Assembly (NCBI GenBank): GCA_951406725.2 | Contig: OX597826.1 | Location: 28,582,001 to 28,646,000, forward strand | DNA length: 64,000 nucleotides | Origin: Octopus vulgaris | Lineage: Eukaryota | Direction: 5' to 3' | Part shown: positions 27,464 to 40,376 of the stretch, piece by piece | Layout: every line of letters starts with the position of its first letter | How positions within the stretch are numbered: position 1 is the first letter of the stretch | Notes under the pieces: generated by a model | Seen by the model: only the letters and a program-made list of their open reading frames with translations | What the model was told of the DNA's origin: nothing | Database searches by the model: none | Translations under genes and position numbers: made by a program

Positions 27464-27684
27464 CCCTTTTGTTACTGTGTTTATTTTGAGATGGTCTGCG
27501 TTTCTTTCAATTATTTCAAATATAACAAAGGATTTAGTAAAATAGTTTAGTTATCATTCAGCTAGTGTTAGGAACATAAATTGTGACAAAGGTTTGGTGG
27601 AAGATTTTAATTCAAATCTTACGCAAACAAGACATTTATACTACAGAGCCAGAAGCGGTTTCAGCCAGGTTCATATCAAAAGGG
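27464..27684. mobile_element. piggyBac-like MITE P1
   Basis: TTAA|CCCTTTTGTTAC ... ATATCAAAAGGG|TTAA; closely similar to 29395-29616. Confidence 0.88.
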
Positions 27685-29189
27685 TTAAAGTAGGAACTTT
27701 CCAGTACCCTCTCATATCGTCCCTTTTTATGTAACCCATCCACCCATGGCAAGCTCCAGACTGACCGGTGTCTTATGAGTAAATTTGGCACATAGAAACG
27801 ACAAAAGTACATCATGCATATGTCAGTGTGTGCAAATCTATGCAAGTTTAAATCTTTGTGTGTGTGAGAGAGAGTAATTAAATTTTTAAATACTATGAGG
27901 AACTGTATTAGAAAAACAAAACCGTTAAAATATTTGGTGTGTTGTACAAGTTTAAGTAATTTATACTTTTATTCTTGTCCGGTTCCGGATCGATCCTCAA
28001 ATCTAATCTGTTTGTGCTAGTCACATGGCCAAGATCATTATTTCTTCCAACTTTACATTCACAGATCAGAATTGATTTTGTCATCCTTTAAGGGTCGATA
28101 AAATAAGTCAACAATTGAACACTGGGGTCACTGTAATTGAGTAGCCCCCTCCTGCCAAAAAGAAAAACTTCAGGCCTTGAGCTTATGATCGAAAGGATTA
28201 TCATCATCATAAGTGTATAATTTATTAAAAATTGAAAAACCATGTGTATCTTAATTGTAAGAGCTTATTATAGGCAAAGCACCACCATTTATACAAATGG
28301 CGCAGCTCTTTTACAGCTCTCTCCAATGGTAAGTCTGAGCTGTCCATTGTTTGATAGACTGAACGAATTATTATCTTGCTTGGAAACAGGTGAGAATTAG
28401 CATCGAGAATGGTATTCTGCTATTAAACATTCTGCCTCAACAAAGTCTTGTCTGAACCCAACCAAGCATAGAAACATAGACACTGAACAAATAAGATGAT
28501 GTTTTAGAACAATGTGACTCTTTGACCAGCTAAATTCTGTGTATGAAGAATGTAATGATGCTTACTTTACACATTCATCATAATTTAATCCATTTTCTCA
28601 CCTTCACTTCAAGAGTGAAAGAATGGTAAAAGAACCGACCAAAAAAGCTTAATTGATGATGCCAATAGATTTATATTGATTGCCTTTTAGCTTTTTATTG
28701 TATTTTCTTTTTGGTTTAGAAACAATTATCATCATCATCATCATATTATTATTATTGAGTGAGAGAGCAGCGCATGCCATCAATGTAACACAGGGGTACA
28801 AATATACGAAGCCCAGTATACCCATCAATTACTATTATTATTATTATTATCATTATTATTAAGGGGTGAGCTGGCTGAATTGTTAGGATGTTGGATGAAA
28901 TGTTTAGGGGTTACTGTAATCAAGTTACCCTCTTACCCAAACTTTTATGGCCTTGTGCCAAAATTTGAAGCCAATTATTATTACTTTTTTTTTGTGCTGT
29001 AACTCGCCCTTCGATATTGTCCTCCATGTCTTGGGCTCTTGTGGCCAATAAAAGAAATCATCATTATTATTATTAAAAGGTGATGAGCTGGTTTCTACCC
29101 TTTACCCTTTTAATCTGATAGAGATTTATACAACATGTATGAATTGTGTTGTTTTATTTTATGAGGTGCTTAATGTATTCTAGTAAAAG

Positions 29190-29730
29190 AGAGTGGCCAA
29201 GTGGTTAGGGTAGTTGGCTAATGATTATAAATATCATGAGTTCAATCCCTGGCAGTAAAAAGTGTCCTTGAGTGAAACACTATTTTTTGGTACTCCAGTT
29301 CACTTAGCTAGCAAAAATGAGTGGTACCTGTTTTTCAAAGGGCCAGCCTTGTCACATTCTGTTCCATGTTGAATCTCTCTGAGAACCACATTAACCCTTT
29401 TGTTACCATATTTCTGTTGAGATGCTCTGGGTTTCTTTCAATTAATTTTAAATATAACAAAGAATTTAGTAAAATAACTTAGTTATCATTAAGCTAGTGT
29501 TAGGAACATAAATTGTGACTAAGGTTTGGTGGAAGGTTTTAATTCAGAAATTTTGTAAACAAGACATTTGTACTACAGAGACCAAGGCAGTTTCAGGCGG
29601 GATGGTATCAAAGGGGTTAAGGGTATGCATGTCTGTGGAGTGTTCAGCTACTTACACAATAATTTCATGAGCAGGCTGTTCCGTTAATTAGATCAACTAG
29701 AACCTTTGTTGCCATAACTGACGGAGTGCC
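29190..29730 (+). mobile_element. tRNA-derived SINE family D interrupted by a P1 MITE
   Basis: Head TGGCCAAGTGGTTAGGG...GAGTTCAATCC, TGTCCTTGAG segment, tail GAGCAGGCTGTTCCGTT...TAACTGACGGAGTGCC. A partial tail repeat lies at 29755-29855. Confidence 0.8.
29395..29616. mobile_element. piggyBac-like MITE P1 (222 bp)
   Basis: TTAA|CCCTTTTGTTACCA ... TGGTATCAAAGGGG|TTAA; the host SINE sequence resumes across the duplicated TTAA. Confidence 0.92.
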
Positions 29731-29967
29731 ATACACATGTATGTGTGTGAGTGTTTGAGGAGTGCTTGGCTACTTGCATGTTAATTTCATGAGCAGGCTG
29801 TTCCATTGATTGGATCAACTGGAACCCTCATCGTAATAACTGATAGCATACCAGTAATTGAAAATACTTATGCGTGTGGTTTGCTTGCATCAAAGCAATA
29901 GTAATTGCTTATACAGACATACTCAAACATGCAGGATGTCTGAGCCTTCTCAATATCAGACGATCAT

Positions 29968-30185
29968 CAGCATCATCATTGTTTAACGTCCGTTTTCCGT
30001 GCTAGCATGGGTTGGACGGTTCAACCAGGGTCTGGGAAGCCAAGAGGCTGCACCAGGCTCCAGTCTGATCTGGTAGTGTTTCTACAACTGGATGCCCTTC
30101 CTAACGCCAACCACTCCATGAGTGTAGTGGGTGCTTTTTACATGCCACCGGCACAGGTGCCAGGGGAGGCTTGCAGCAGCCACGA
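29968..30185 (-). mobile_element. SINE family B copy
   Basis: Reverse-complement homology to 31642-31882. Confidence 0.85.
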
Positions 30186-30951
30186 TGTTGTAAATAAATG
30201 TCATTCTTTTCCAATATTTTGTGATAATTTGTCTGACCACAGAGAGAAAAAATATTTCTTGTTTGGAAGGAAATCATTAAGGGTTACCAACAGAAAAGGC
30301 ATCCAGTTCCAGAAAAGTCTGCCACAATAGAATCCCATTAGGTCAATGCAAGCATGGAAAAGTGGACATTAAAATGATGATGACGATGATGGTGATGACG
30401 GTAATAATGATGATGGACTCAAAATTCCAAAGGGGAGAGAAGGAAAAGGAAGCTGTGATAGTCACAACCCCCACCACCACTAACACCACTAAACCCACCA
30501 CCACATCATTTAAAACCAAAGATATTAATTGCAGTTATAAACAGTGTAATTAAACGAGTTAATTAGTATTTCTTACTAATTGTGGACTTAGTAAAAAACA
30601 AGAAAGAAAAAAAAGGAAATTCTGTTAGCTAATGTACAAACCCATGTATGTGTGTGTGCATGAATGAATGCATGCACACATCTAACACGTGCATATCAGC
30701 ATCAATTTTGACTTGAACTTTTCCATACTTGCATAGGATGGACAGCATTTGCTGAGGTAGATTTTCTCTGACCGATGCCCTTCCTGTCCCAAATCAGACC
30801 AGTTTCCAAACCCAAGCAAGGTAATGCTTCCTCATGAGCAGAACATATTTCCACAGTATATAAGAAACAAAGGACACCGCCTGTATAACAGTGACACTTC
30901 TTTACAACTACTGCATGATGGCAAGGCAACATACAGAAATACACATATCAT

Positions 30952-31337
30952 ATATTCTTTTATTCTCTTACCTGTTTCAGTCATTTGACAGTGGTCATGC
31001 TGGAGCACTGCTTTGAAGGGTTTTAGTCAAATGAGAGTTTATTCTTGATAAGCCTGGTACTTATTCTATCAACCTCTTTTGCCAGAGGATATAAACACAC
31101 CAACACCAGTTGTCAATTAGTGATGGGGGACAAACAGACACAAAGACACACACACATAAATATATACATATATATATGTATTTATTTCAGTTTCCGTTTA
31201 CCACATCCACTCACAAGACTGTAGTCAACTTGAGGCTATAGTAGAAAACACTTGCCCAAGGCGCCACAGAGTGGGACAGAACCTGGAACTATCTGGTTGG
31301 GAAGCAAGCTTCTTACCACACAGCCAACCCTGTGCCT
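30952..31337 (-). mobile_element. SINE family A copy
   Basis: Reverse-complement homology to family A. Confidence 0.85.
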
Positions 31338-31641
31338 ATGCATAATTATCTATATATATACGTACGCCTATACAGGTAATAATGATTTGATGGAAGGAAT
31401 GAGCTTATGTGTACACAAACATTTGATCACTAAATACAAATCATCTGTATTGTTGTTCTGTAAAAAATTACATGCATCGTCTAATGACAGGCGAGTCCAT
31501 GATGTATATATATAATTCTGTGAATAGTGACTTTGAAGTTGCATCAGTATTTGGTTGACTCTTACACTTGTAGTGAATCCTTTCTCAGTAAATGTTCTGA
31601 ATTTTTATACTCTTAATAAACATTCATAATTATAAATATAT

Positions 31642-31882
31642 AAAAGCACCATCCGAACGTGGCCGATGCCAGACCCCTCTGGCACCTGTGCAGGTGGCAC
31701 GTAAAAAACACCCACTACACTCGCGGAGTGGTTGGCGTTAGGAAGGGCATCCAGCCGTAGAAACTCTGCCAGACTAGACTGGAGCCTGGGGCAGTCCCTA
31801 GCTCCCCAGACCCCGGTCGAAACCGTCCAACCCGTGCTAGCGCGGAAAACGGACGTTAAACGATGATGATGATGATGATGAT
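31642..31882 (+). mobile_element. SINE family B, young 5'-truncated copy with (GAT)n tail
   Basis: GGTTGGCGTTAGGAAGGGCATCCAGCCGTAGAAAC...CCGTCCAACCCGTGCTAGCGCGGAAAACGGACGTTAAACGATGATGAT; CpGs are retained. Older copies lie at ~32000-32420, 30700-30930, 50110-50365 and 51530-51655. Confidence 0.85.
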
Positions 31883-32826
31883 AAGGTGAAAAGGGATTTT
31901 CAGATAATGAACCTCACTAAGGAGATCAGAAAGGAACCAAGTCTGCTGGCGATTTGTGGTGCTTCAGAAGACACATCAAACTAAGGAGAATCAAACACAT
32001 GTGCCGGTGCCACGTAAAAAGCACCCAGTCCACTTTGTAAAGTGGCTGGCTAGGAATAGGCGTCCAGCCATGGAAACCAAGCCAAAAGCAGATGAGTGGG
32101 GCCCAGTGCAACCCTCCAACTTATTCCTGTCAAACCATCCAAAACATGCTACAGGGAAAAGGGATGTTCAATGATGATGAGGAGGAGGAGGGCAAGGAGG
32201 AGGAGGATGTCTCTCTATCATAGTTTACCCTCGCATCACCTGGCACAAAGCCACCTCTCTTTATATACCACTTCCCTTCCCAGTTGAAGGATCTTGGTCT
32301 TGCTGGTTACTTGGTGACCCTGTCGGTGCTGGTGCCACACAAAAAGCACCCAGTACACTGTTAAGCGGTTGGAAAGGTATCCAGCCATAGAAACCATGCT
32401 AAACCGGATGTTAAATAATGACAGGTGTGCTTATACACACACATATACACATACATACACACACACACATATACATATGTATGTACATAGACATTTACAT
32501 ATACATACCCCCACACACAAAAACATACATACATGGACACACATGACTGGCAAAAGAGTGGGTGTGGGTGGGGAGACATTGTTTCTGAAAAGTAAAACCA
32601 GAGAGAAGACACCTGTCTCTTGTTTCCTGTCCAACAAGTTTTATTCACACTCAGAACACTATGAGCCTGAGTGAGTGTTTATGCATGAGTGTTAAGTGTG
32701 GGCGGGTGACCGAGTGAATGCGAGGATTGAGTGAGTGTGATTAGTGACAGAGTGAGAGTGTGTGTGTTTGAGAGGGTATGTGAGTAAGTGAAAAAGTGTG
32801 TGGGTGTGTGTAGGTGTACATGTATG

Positions 32827-32864
<38 letters not shown>

Positions 32865-33383
32865 TGGAGTATAATGAAGGGAAAAAGTTACATTAATTAG
32901 ATATGTAAATTAAGCTTTGTTAATTTTCTTCATTAAAAATAAGTGGGAGGAGTTAGCAATAATAACCTAAATAAAGAAACCCCATAAAACAATTGAAGCC
33001 ATCAAAGATGAACACAGAGAAAGGAAGAGGAGGATTAACAGAATGATGAGGAGGAGGGGGAGGAAGTATTTTTAACTCTTTCTTTAGGTATTCTATTTCA
33101 CCACCAGATGTCTCTGTCTCATTCACTATGAAGGATTTCTGGGTCCCTCTTACAAAGACATAAGCGGTAGGGGTTTGTGGGGTTAAGAGTACTAAAGGGG
33201 ACAGTATTTATCTGTCCCCAGTTTAGAGGCGGGGGGGGGGGGCGAGAGGGGGAAACCCAGATAGTTCAATGTCCTACTACTACTACCACCACCACCCCCT
33301 CCCCTCAACACACAAACAATGTATTTTCCTAATAAAGTAATTTAAAGCACGATCAGCATATAAGGAAGTGTGAGTGTATATAT

Positions 33384-33528
33384 CAGGAGTGGCTGTGTGG
33401 TAAGTAGCTTGCTTCCCAACTACATGGTTCCCGGTTCAGTCCCACTGCGTGGCACCTTGGGCAAGTGTCTTCTGCTATAGCCCCAGGCTAAGTGGAATTG
33501 GTAGACGGAAACTGAAAGAAGCCCGTCG

Positions 33529-33559
<31 letters not shown>

Positions 33560-33613
33560 AATATATTCTTTTACTTGTTTCAGTCATTTCACTGCGGCCA
33601 TGCTGGAGCACCG
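33384..33613. mobile_element. SINE A 5' half (+) abutting a SINE A 3' tail (-)
   Basis: Head at 33384-33529 and an inverted tail at 33565-33613 flank a TA/TG tract. Confidence 0.75.
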
Positions 33614-33710
33614 TCTATACATACACACACACACCTGGGCAGGTGTCATTATGTATGCATGTATGTTCTTTACCTGTACTTCATATGCATCAATATATTC
33701 ATGTGTATGC

Positions 33711-33754
<44 letters not shown>

Positions 33755-33817
33755 GAAGATACATAAACAAGTATATGAATGTATATATTTTTCTGTATGT
33801 GTGAATGCCTTTGTGTG

Positions 33818-33849
<32 letters not shown>

Positions 33850-33867
33850 AATAAATATATATATATA

Positions 33868-33990
33868 TCATCATCATCATCATTTAACGTCCGCTTTCCA
33901 TGCTAGCATGGACTGGACGATTTGATTGAGGACTGGCGAACCAGATGGCTGCACCAGGCTCCAATCTGATCTGGCAAATTTCTACAGCTA
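33868..33990 (-). mobile_element. SINE family B 3' fragment
   Basis: (CAT)n TTTAACGTCCGCTTTCCATGCTAGCATGG. Confidence 0.8.
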
Positions 33991-34650
33991 TGAAAACACC
34001 TGCAGGTCATGTGCTTCTACCATTTCTGCCAAGCAAATGATTAATCAACAGGTATAGTTGCATTAAGTTTGATTGTAAAGACCGAACTCTAGGCCCTTGA
34101 TTCGCTGATGTGGGTTGTTGATTAATAATTAAAATATGTAATTATATAATTACATATTTCATAATTCCATATTAATGTTTTGCGTTGCTAGGGGACAACA
34201 AATACCAGCAAATATTCACTGAAGGAAAAGGGGCTTAACAATGGTAAAGGGATTAAATTTATAATGTGTTAGGGGTTGACTGTGTCTTCAAATTTCACCT
34301 CTCATCAAATCACACACACACATATATATATGTAGTCCCACCTTGCATTATATAATGATGACATTGTGTGTATATATGTGTGCGTGTGTGTATGAATGTG
34401 AATATGTATGTACATGTGTGTGTATAAATGTGTATGTATGCATGAGTGTATATGTATACATATATGTGTGTATGTGTATATGCATGTATGTTATTACACA
34501 CTAATGCACATATAACACCATTTAGTAAAACGCCTGGATGTTAAAACTGAATATTTTGAGGCTTATTCTAAGTCAGAAATCTAAGCAGACTACACATATA
34601 CACATACACACACATATGTATATACACATATGTATACAGACACCTATAAT

Positions 34651-34695
<45 letters not shown>

Positions 34696-34809
34696 GAGAT
34701 GTATGTACACATTCATATATATACACAAGCCCTGACCCTAACCCTATAAATATACACACTATACATACAGATATACACACAGATTATATGCATATATTAC
34801 ATACGTGCT

Positions 34810-34990
34810 TCATCTGCTGTTACGTTCTGAGTTCAAACTCTGCCGAGGTCGACTTTGCCTTTCATCCTTTCAGGGGCAATTAAATAAGTACCAGTTATGC
34901 ACAGGGGTCGATGTAATTGACTTAATCCCTGTGTCTGTCCTTGTTTGTCCCCTCTATGTTTAGCCCCTGTGGGCAATAAACAAATAAATA
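34810..34990 (+). mobile_element. SINE family C variant with an alternative tail
   Basis: C core followed by TTTGTCCCCTCTATGTTTAGCCCCTGTGGGCAATAAA. Confidence 0.75.
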
Positions 34991-35449
34991 TTACATACAT
35001 GCCCATGTAACATGTACACACACAAACACACACACACGTGTGTGCGCACACATACCTACACATGTATGAGCATTGTGTTGTCCAGAAACCAGGTGCTTCA
35101 ATTCTCCTTGTCCCTTTATATCTATGAAGACCCTTTCCTTTAATGTGGTTTGGCCTGTTAGGTTTTTAAGGAATTTGAAAAAACAAAAACAAAAACATAA
35201 AATAAACAGCTACAGGTACTTGTAACTGTACCACCAGCACCTCCCCAAGCCACATATGACCTCTCCCAAAACTACCCTAAGAATAACCCCCTACAAAGAA
35301 CATCTGAAAAGAATTTAATTCATATGGAGGTGGGGGTGTAAGATTTATTTCACAAGGGCGGAGCCCCTTTCCTTATAAGTGTACCCCAACATTTCCGGAG
35401 GGTCCAAGAAATTCCTGGGCACTGAGTATGATTCGGCCCGCATATTTCT

Positions 35450-35665
35450 TTCACATAGGTCCTACTTCGAACCCAAGTCATCATGGCCTGCTAAAAATAG
35501 CAGCTGAGCAAAAAACAAAAAATGGCAGTCCATCGATTAGACTGACATGGGTTCCAGTTGATCTTCTCAATGGAACAGCTGCTCATGAAAATAACATTCA
35601 AGCGGCTGAGTGCTCCACAGACGCACATACCCATAACATAGCAGCTAAATGTCACCTCGAATCAC
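35450..35665 (-). mobile_element. SINE family D fragment
   Basis: GGGTTCCAGTTGATC...GGAACAGCTGCTCATGAAA...GGCTGAGTGCTCCACAGAC. Confidence 0.65.
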
Positions 35666-35704
35666 ATCATAATTAAGAACTGACTTGAGAAAAATATGTA
35701 ACAC

Positions 35705-36390
35705 TGCATGGCTGTGTGGTTAAGAAGCTTGGTTTGCAAACACTGGGTTTCTAGTTCAGTCCCACTGCACAGTACCTTGAGCAAGTGTCTTTTAATACAG
35801 CCTTGGGCCAATCAGTGCTTTGGTGAGTGGATTTACTAGATGGAAACTATATGGAAGCTCATCATATATTTATATATATATATACATGCAACTTGGGAAA
35901 ATGTCTTCTACTATAGCCTCGGGTCAACCAAAGCCTTGTGAGTGGATTTGGTGGGCGGAAACTGAAAGAAGCCCGATAGAATAAGTACTAGGCTTACAAA
36001 GAATAAGTCTGGGAGTCGATTTGTTCAACTAAAAAACGCCCTTTAAGGTAGTGCTCCAGCATGGCTGCAGTCAGATAACTGAAACAAGTAAAAGAATATG
36101 TGTGTGTGTATAAATGTATGTATGTATGTATATACGTCTGTGATTTTTGTTTGCCCCACACCATTTGACAACCAGTGTCGGTTAGTTTTACATCACCATA
36201 ACTTAGCGGTTCAGCAAAAGATTCTGATAAAATAATTACCAGGCTTAAACCAAAAAAAAAAAACTCTCCCCCCTCCCACGCCCTTTAAATTACATAAGGA
36301 CTGGGGGTAGATTTCTTCGACTGTAACCCTTTCAAGGCGTCGGCCCAGAATAAAAGCAGTCCTATGCCTGAAACTAGTAAAAGACAAGAA
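35705..36390 (+). mobile_element. Nested SINE A copies
   Basis: An older A copy (35705-35865 plus 36140-36390) is split by a younger deleted A copy (35890-36098) inserted in its internal microsatellite. Confidence 0.75.
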
Positions 36391-36416
36391 TTAGCGACAG
36401 TTCTACTTTACGAGTA

Positions 36417-36648
36417 CCCTTATGACACCAAACAACCCCACCAGAGACCAATTCTGGGTCTACGATACAAACTTCACTGTTTAAAATGATCGAAGTTAAA
36501 AACTTTCCACCAAAATTCGCGGTAATTTATAATCTAAAAACATCAGCTCATTTTACAAAATTCTGGGTGAAAATTTACCATAGTTTTCCCAATTAATTGA
36601 AAGAAACGGGGTGTTTATTCATCAGAAATATGGTAACAAAAGGTTTAA
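36417..36648. mobile_element. Decayed P1 MITE, reverse orientation
   Basis: Ends CAGAAATATGGTAACAAAAGGTTTAA. Confidence 0.65.
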
Positions 36649-36969
36649 AACACTGGGCTAAATAACACACACCAACATTCGGGTGCTTTGTACCCCACCA
36701 GTGTACCCGTGTATCCGTATATCCTGACGCTGTTTTGTTAGGATTTTTTAGGCAAGAGACATAAAGAAGTAAAAAAGAAATGAGGTCAAGGTTGCTAACC
36801 TAACGATTTTCTTTTTTATACATACTTTTATTCTGTTATACTCTTGTACTGTTATTCCTTTTCTAGTTTCGTTGGTGGGCTGTGGCCATACGGTGGCTGG
36901 TGTATTTGTTGCTGTTTTTTTTCGTTTTGTTTTTAAAGATTAAACTATGATTGAACAAGAAAATACATA

Positions 36970-37020
<51 letters not shown>

Positions 37021-37141
37021 TATATATATACATACATATATATATATATATACACACACATATATATATACATACACACATATACATATACATATATACA
37101 CACACACATATATATATACATACACACATATATATATATAT

Positions 37142-37186
<45 letters not shown>

Positions 37187-37633
37187 TATATACACACACA
37201 CATATATATATACACACACACACATATATACACACACACATATATACACACACACACATATATATACACATATATATATATATATATGTGTGTGTATATA
37301 TATGCATACACACACACTCATATATATACATAGACATGTATACATACACATGTATATTCATGTATGTACGCATACACGTGCATACAAACCCATATATATG
37401 CATATACGTACACATAGGCACATATATACATACATATGTGCACTTACATATACGTACATATATACATACCAACACATGCAAGCATGGAAAAGCGGAGCGA
37501 GAGGGGGAGAAGAGAGAGAGAGAGAGGTTTCCATATAAATCTATGGACGCGCATTCAGGCATACACATGTATAAACACGCACACACACACATAAATACAC
37601 GCCCACATACAGAACACGTGTACAACATATAAA

Positions 37634-37668
<35 letters not shown>

Positions 37669-37705
37669 ACACAAAATATACAAATACGCGCGCACACACA
37701 CACAC
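36970..37705. repeat. Compound (CA)n/(TA)n microsatellite
   Basis: Direct reading. Confidence 0.95.
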
Positions 37706-38057
37706 AAAACGGGCGTTAAATAATGACTATATAAAACTATACGTATGTATATAGATGTGCGTGTGTGTGAAAGTGTATGTGTGTGCGTGTGTGTGTGTGT
37801 GTGTGACTAAGATTTATACTAAGCAGTGGCATTATTTATTCACACGGCAGATCATCATCCGTGAAAATAGCAGAGAAATTCTGCTTAGAAGGAGGAAGCT
37901 GATCATATCAAGATCCACTTACACTGCCATCACCTCCTTCTCCGCCTATAAAGACGTGAGAGAGAGAGAGGATCGGGAAGAGCTGAATATGTGGAGGTGG
38001 CGGTGTTACAGCCGCGATGATTTTATATATATATATATATGGGGGGGGGGGGGGATA

Positions 38058-38276
38058 TATTCTTTTATTCGTTTCAGTCAGTTGACTGCGGCCATGCTGG
38101 AGCACCGCCATGAAGGGATTTTTTTTTTAGTCGGAGAAATTGAAGCCAGGATTTATTCTTTGTAAACCTAGTATTTATTCTGTCGGGCTTTTTTGCCGAA
38201 CTGCTTAGTTACGGGGACATAAACACACCAGCATCAGTTGTCAAGTGATGGCGAGGGAACAAAGACACACACACAC

Positions 38277-38316
<40 letters not shown>

Positions 38317-38915
38317 GTATGTATATATATACATACATATGTATACACATACACACGACGGGCTTCTTTCAGTTTCCTTCTCCCAAATCCACCCACAAGG
38401 CTTTGGTCGGCCCGGGGCTATAGTACAAGAAACTTGCCCAAGGTGCCACGAAGTAGGACTGAACCCGGAACCATGTGGTTGGGAAGCAAGCTTCTTTGGG
38501 ATTTACGTGTTTTCGTTTCATCCCATCTTTTATACGTTTCAGTAATTGAACCGCGGCCATGCTGGAGCACCCATCCAGAAAGGTTTTCGGGTTAACAAAT
38601 CACCACTAGGAGTTACATTTTAATCGAAGTCGGCTACTTATTCTATCGGTCTTTTTTGCTGAACCGTTAAGTTACAGGGGAGCGTAAACAAATCACCTGT
38701 TGTCAAGCTGTGGCGGAAGACAAAAACTCAACGCAAGGCACACACATTCATACGTGTGTATATATGTGTATACATATGTACCAGACGGGCTTCCACACAG
38801 TTTCCGTCATCCAAATGTACTCACAAGGCTTTGATCAGCCCAAAGCTATAGTAGAAGACACTTGCTCAAGGTGCCAAAGTGGGACAATACCACGAGGTTA
38901 GGAAGCAAGATTCTC
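38058..38915 (-). mobile_element. Two tandem SINE A copies (38058-38495; 38525-38915)
   Basis: Reverse-complement homology to family A. Confidence 0.85.
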
Positions 38916-39914
38916 ACTCAATGTGTGTGTGCAAAATGAGATTCATTAATTTATTTTTGTTTTTATATTATGTATTTTATTTTGTTTGTTGTAAACTTGT
39001 TGATTAACCTCATGTCATCTCCGACTGAATTCACTTTTGATCACTAACGTTCTAACCGTGACTACCACGCCGTCTTCAAATACTGTGTTACTTCTATCAA
39101 GTAGTAAATTATATAGCAGCATAATTTTGATTTTGAAAATATGAAGCAACATGGCCGAGCAGTTAGATTGTTTCGTTCTTTGGGGGTAGGGAGGTCGTGT
39201 GTGGTGGAACCCTCTCGATTATTTAATCGTAGTTTCGATTCGCGTACCCGACTGGACGGCACCGGGTTATGTTGTGTCCTTGAGCAAGACACTTGATATC
39301 ATGATGCACAAGTCGCCGTTGACTGAAAAATCAACGGCAGCTAGGGTGGATAATCCTGCGACAGGCCGGTATCTGAAGGAATTTATGTGTTGAGTGTACC
39401 TATTCTTAAAACAGCTTACGGTTATTATTCCCAAATTAAGGTGAAGGTCAAACTTATCTTTTATCATTACGTGGTCAATAAAATAAGCGCCAACAGAGCA
39501 TTGGAAGGTCGACTTCGGTAACCGTAGCCACCCCAGTGGGTGGAAGATCGGCTTAGTGCATATATTACAAATACTTAATACGGTGTTGTTATTGCTGATC
39601 TGAGGAGTCAGGTCGAAGCTGAGCTGTGTCATTGTACACTGAGATCATGAACTGATGTACCAAATAACTGTTTTGCTCGGCTGGGAAACAATTATGAGAA
39701 CATTCTTGATTAGCCAAGTAAGTAATATTGGTCTTGTCCCAGAAATGTAGCTTTGACCAATATTACTTTTTCTCATATTCCGTTCTGATTTCCCCTTCAT
39801 CCGTCGTCTTAACTACAAGCATAATAAATACGCAAATATATATTAGGCAGATATTACAAACTTAATTAATAATACTAATTATAATCCTCTCGAATATAGG
39901 AACACTACATGAAA

Positions 39915-40376
39915 GTTGCAGGGAAGTGGAAAGTCGACGACATTGACCCCGAAAGAATGAAAGGCAAAGTCGACCTCGACAGAATTTGAACTCAAGACGT
40001 GAAGAGCCAAAAGAAAAATGATGCTTAAGCATTTTGTCCGACGTGCTAATGACTCTTCCAACTCGCCGCCTGATATTACTAAATAGGCAACATAATGATT
40101 ATCAGCATCTTTGTCACAATAATTATCACTCCTACATAATAACGTAATAATAATAATAATAATCCTTTCTACTCTAGACACAAGACCTGAAATTTTGTAG
40201 GAAGGGGCTAATCGATTGCATCGACCCCGTCTTTCACTGCTACTTAATTTATCGACCCCGAAAGGATGAAAAGCAAAGTAGACCTCGGCGGAATTTGAAC
40301 TCAGAACATAAAGACGGACGAAATATCGCGAAGCATTTCATCCAGCGTGCTAACGGTTCTGCCAGCTCGCTGCCTT
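39915..40376 (-). mobile_element. Two SINE family C copies (39915-40072; full 40161-40376)
   Basis: Minus head AAGGCAGCGAGCTGGCAGAACCGTTAGC, B box GAGTTCAAATTC, core TTTCATCCTTTCGGGGTCGATAAATTAAGTA, (ATT)n tail. Confidence 0.88.
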
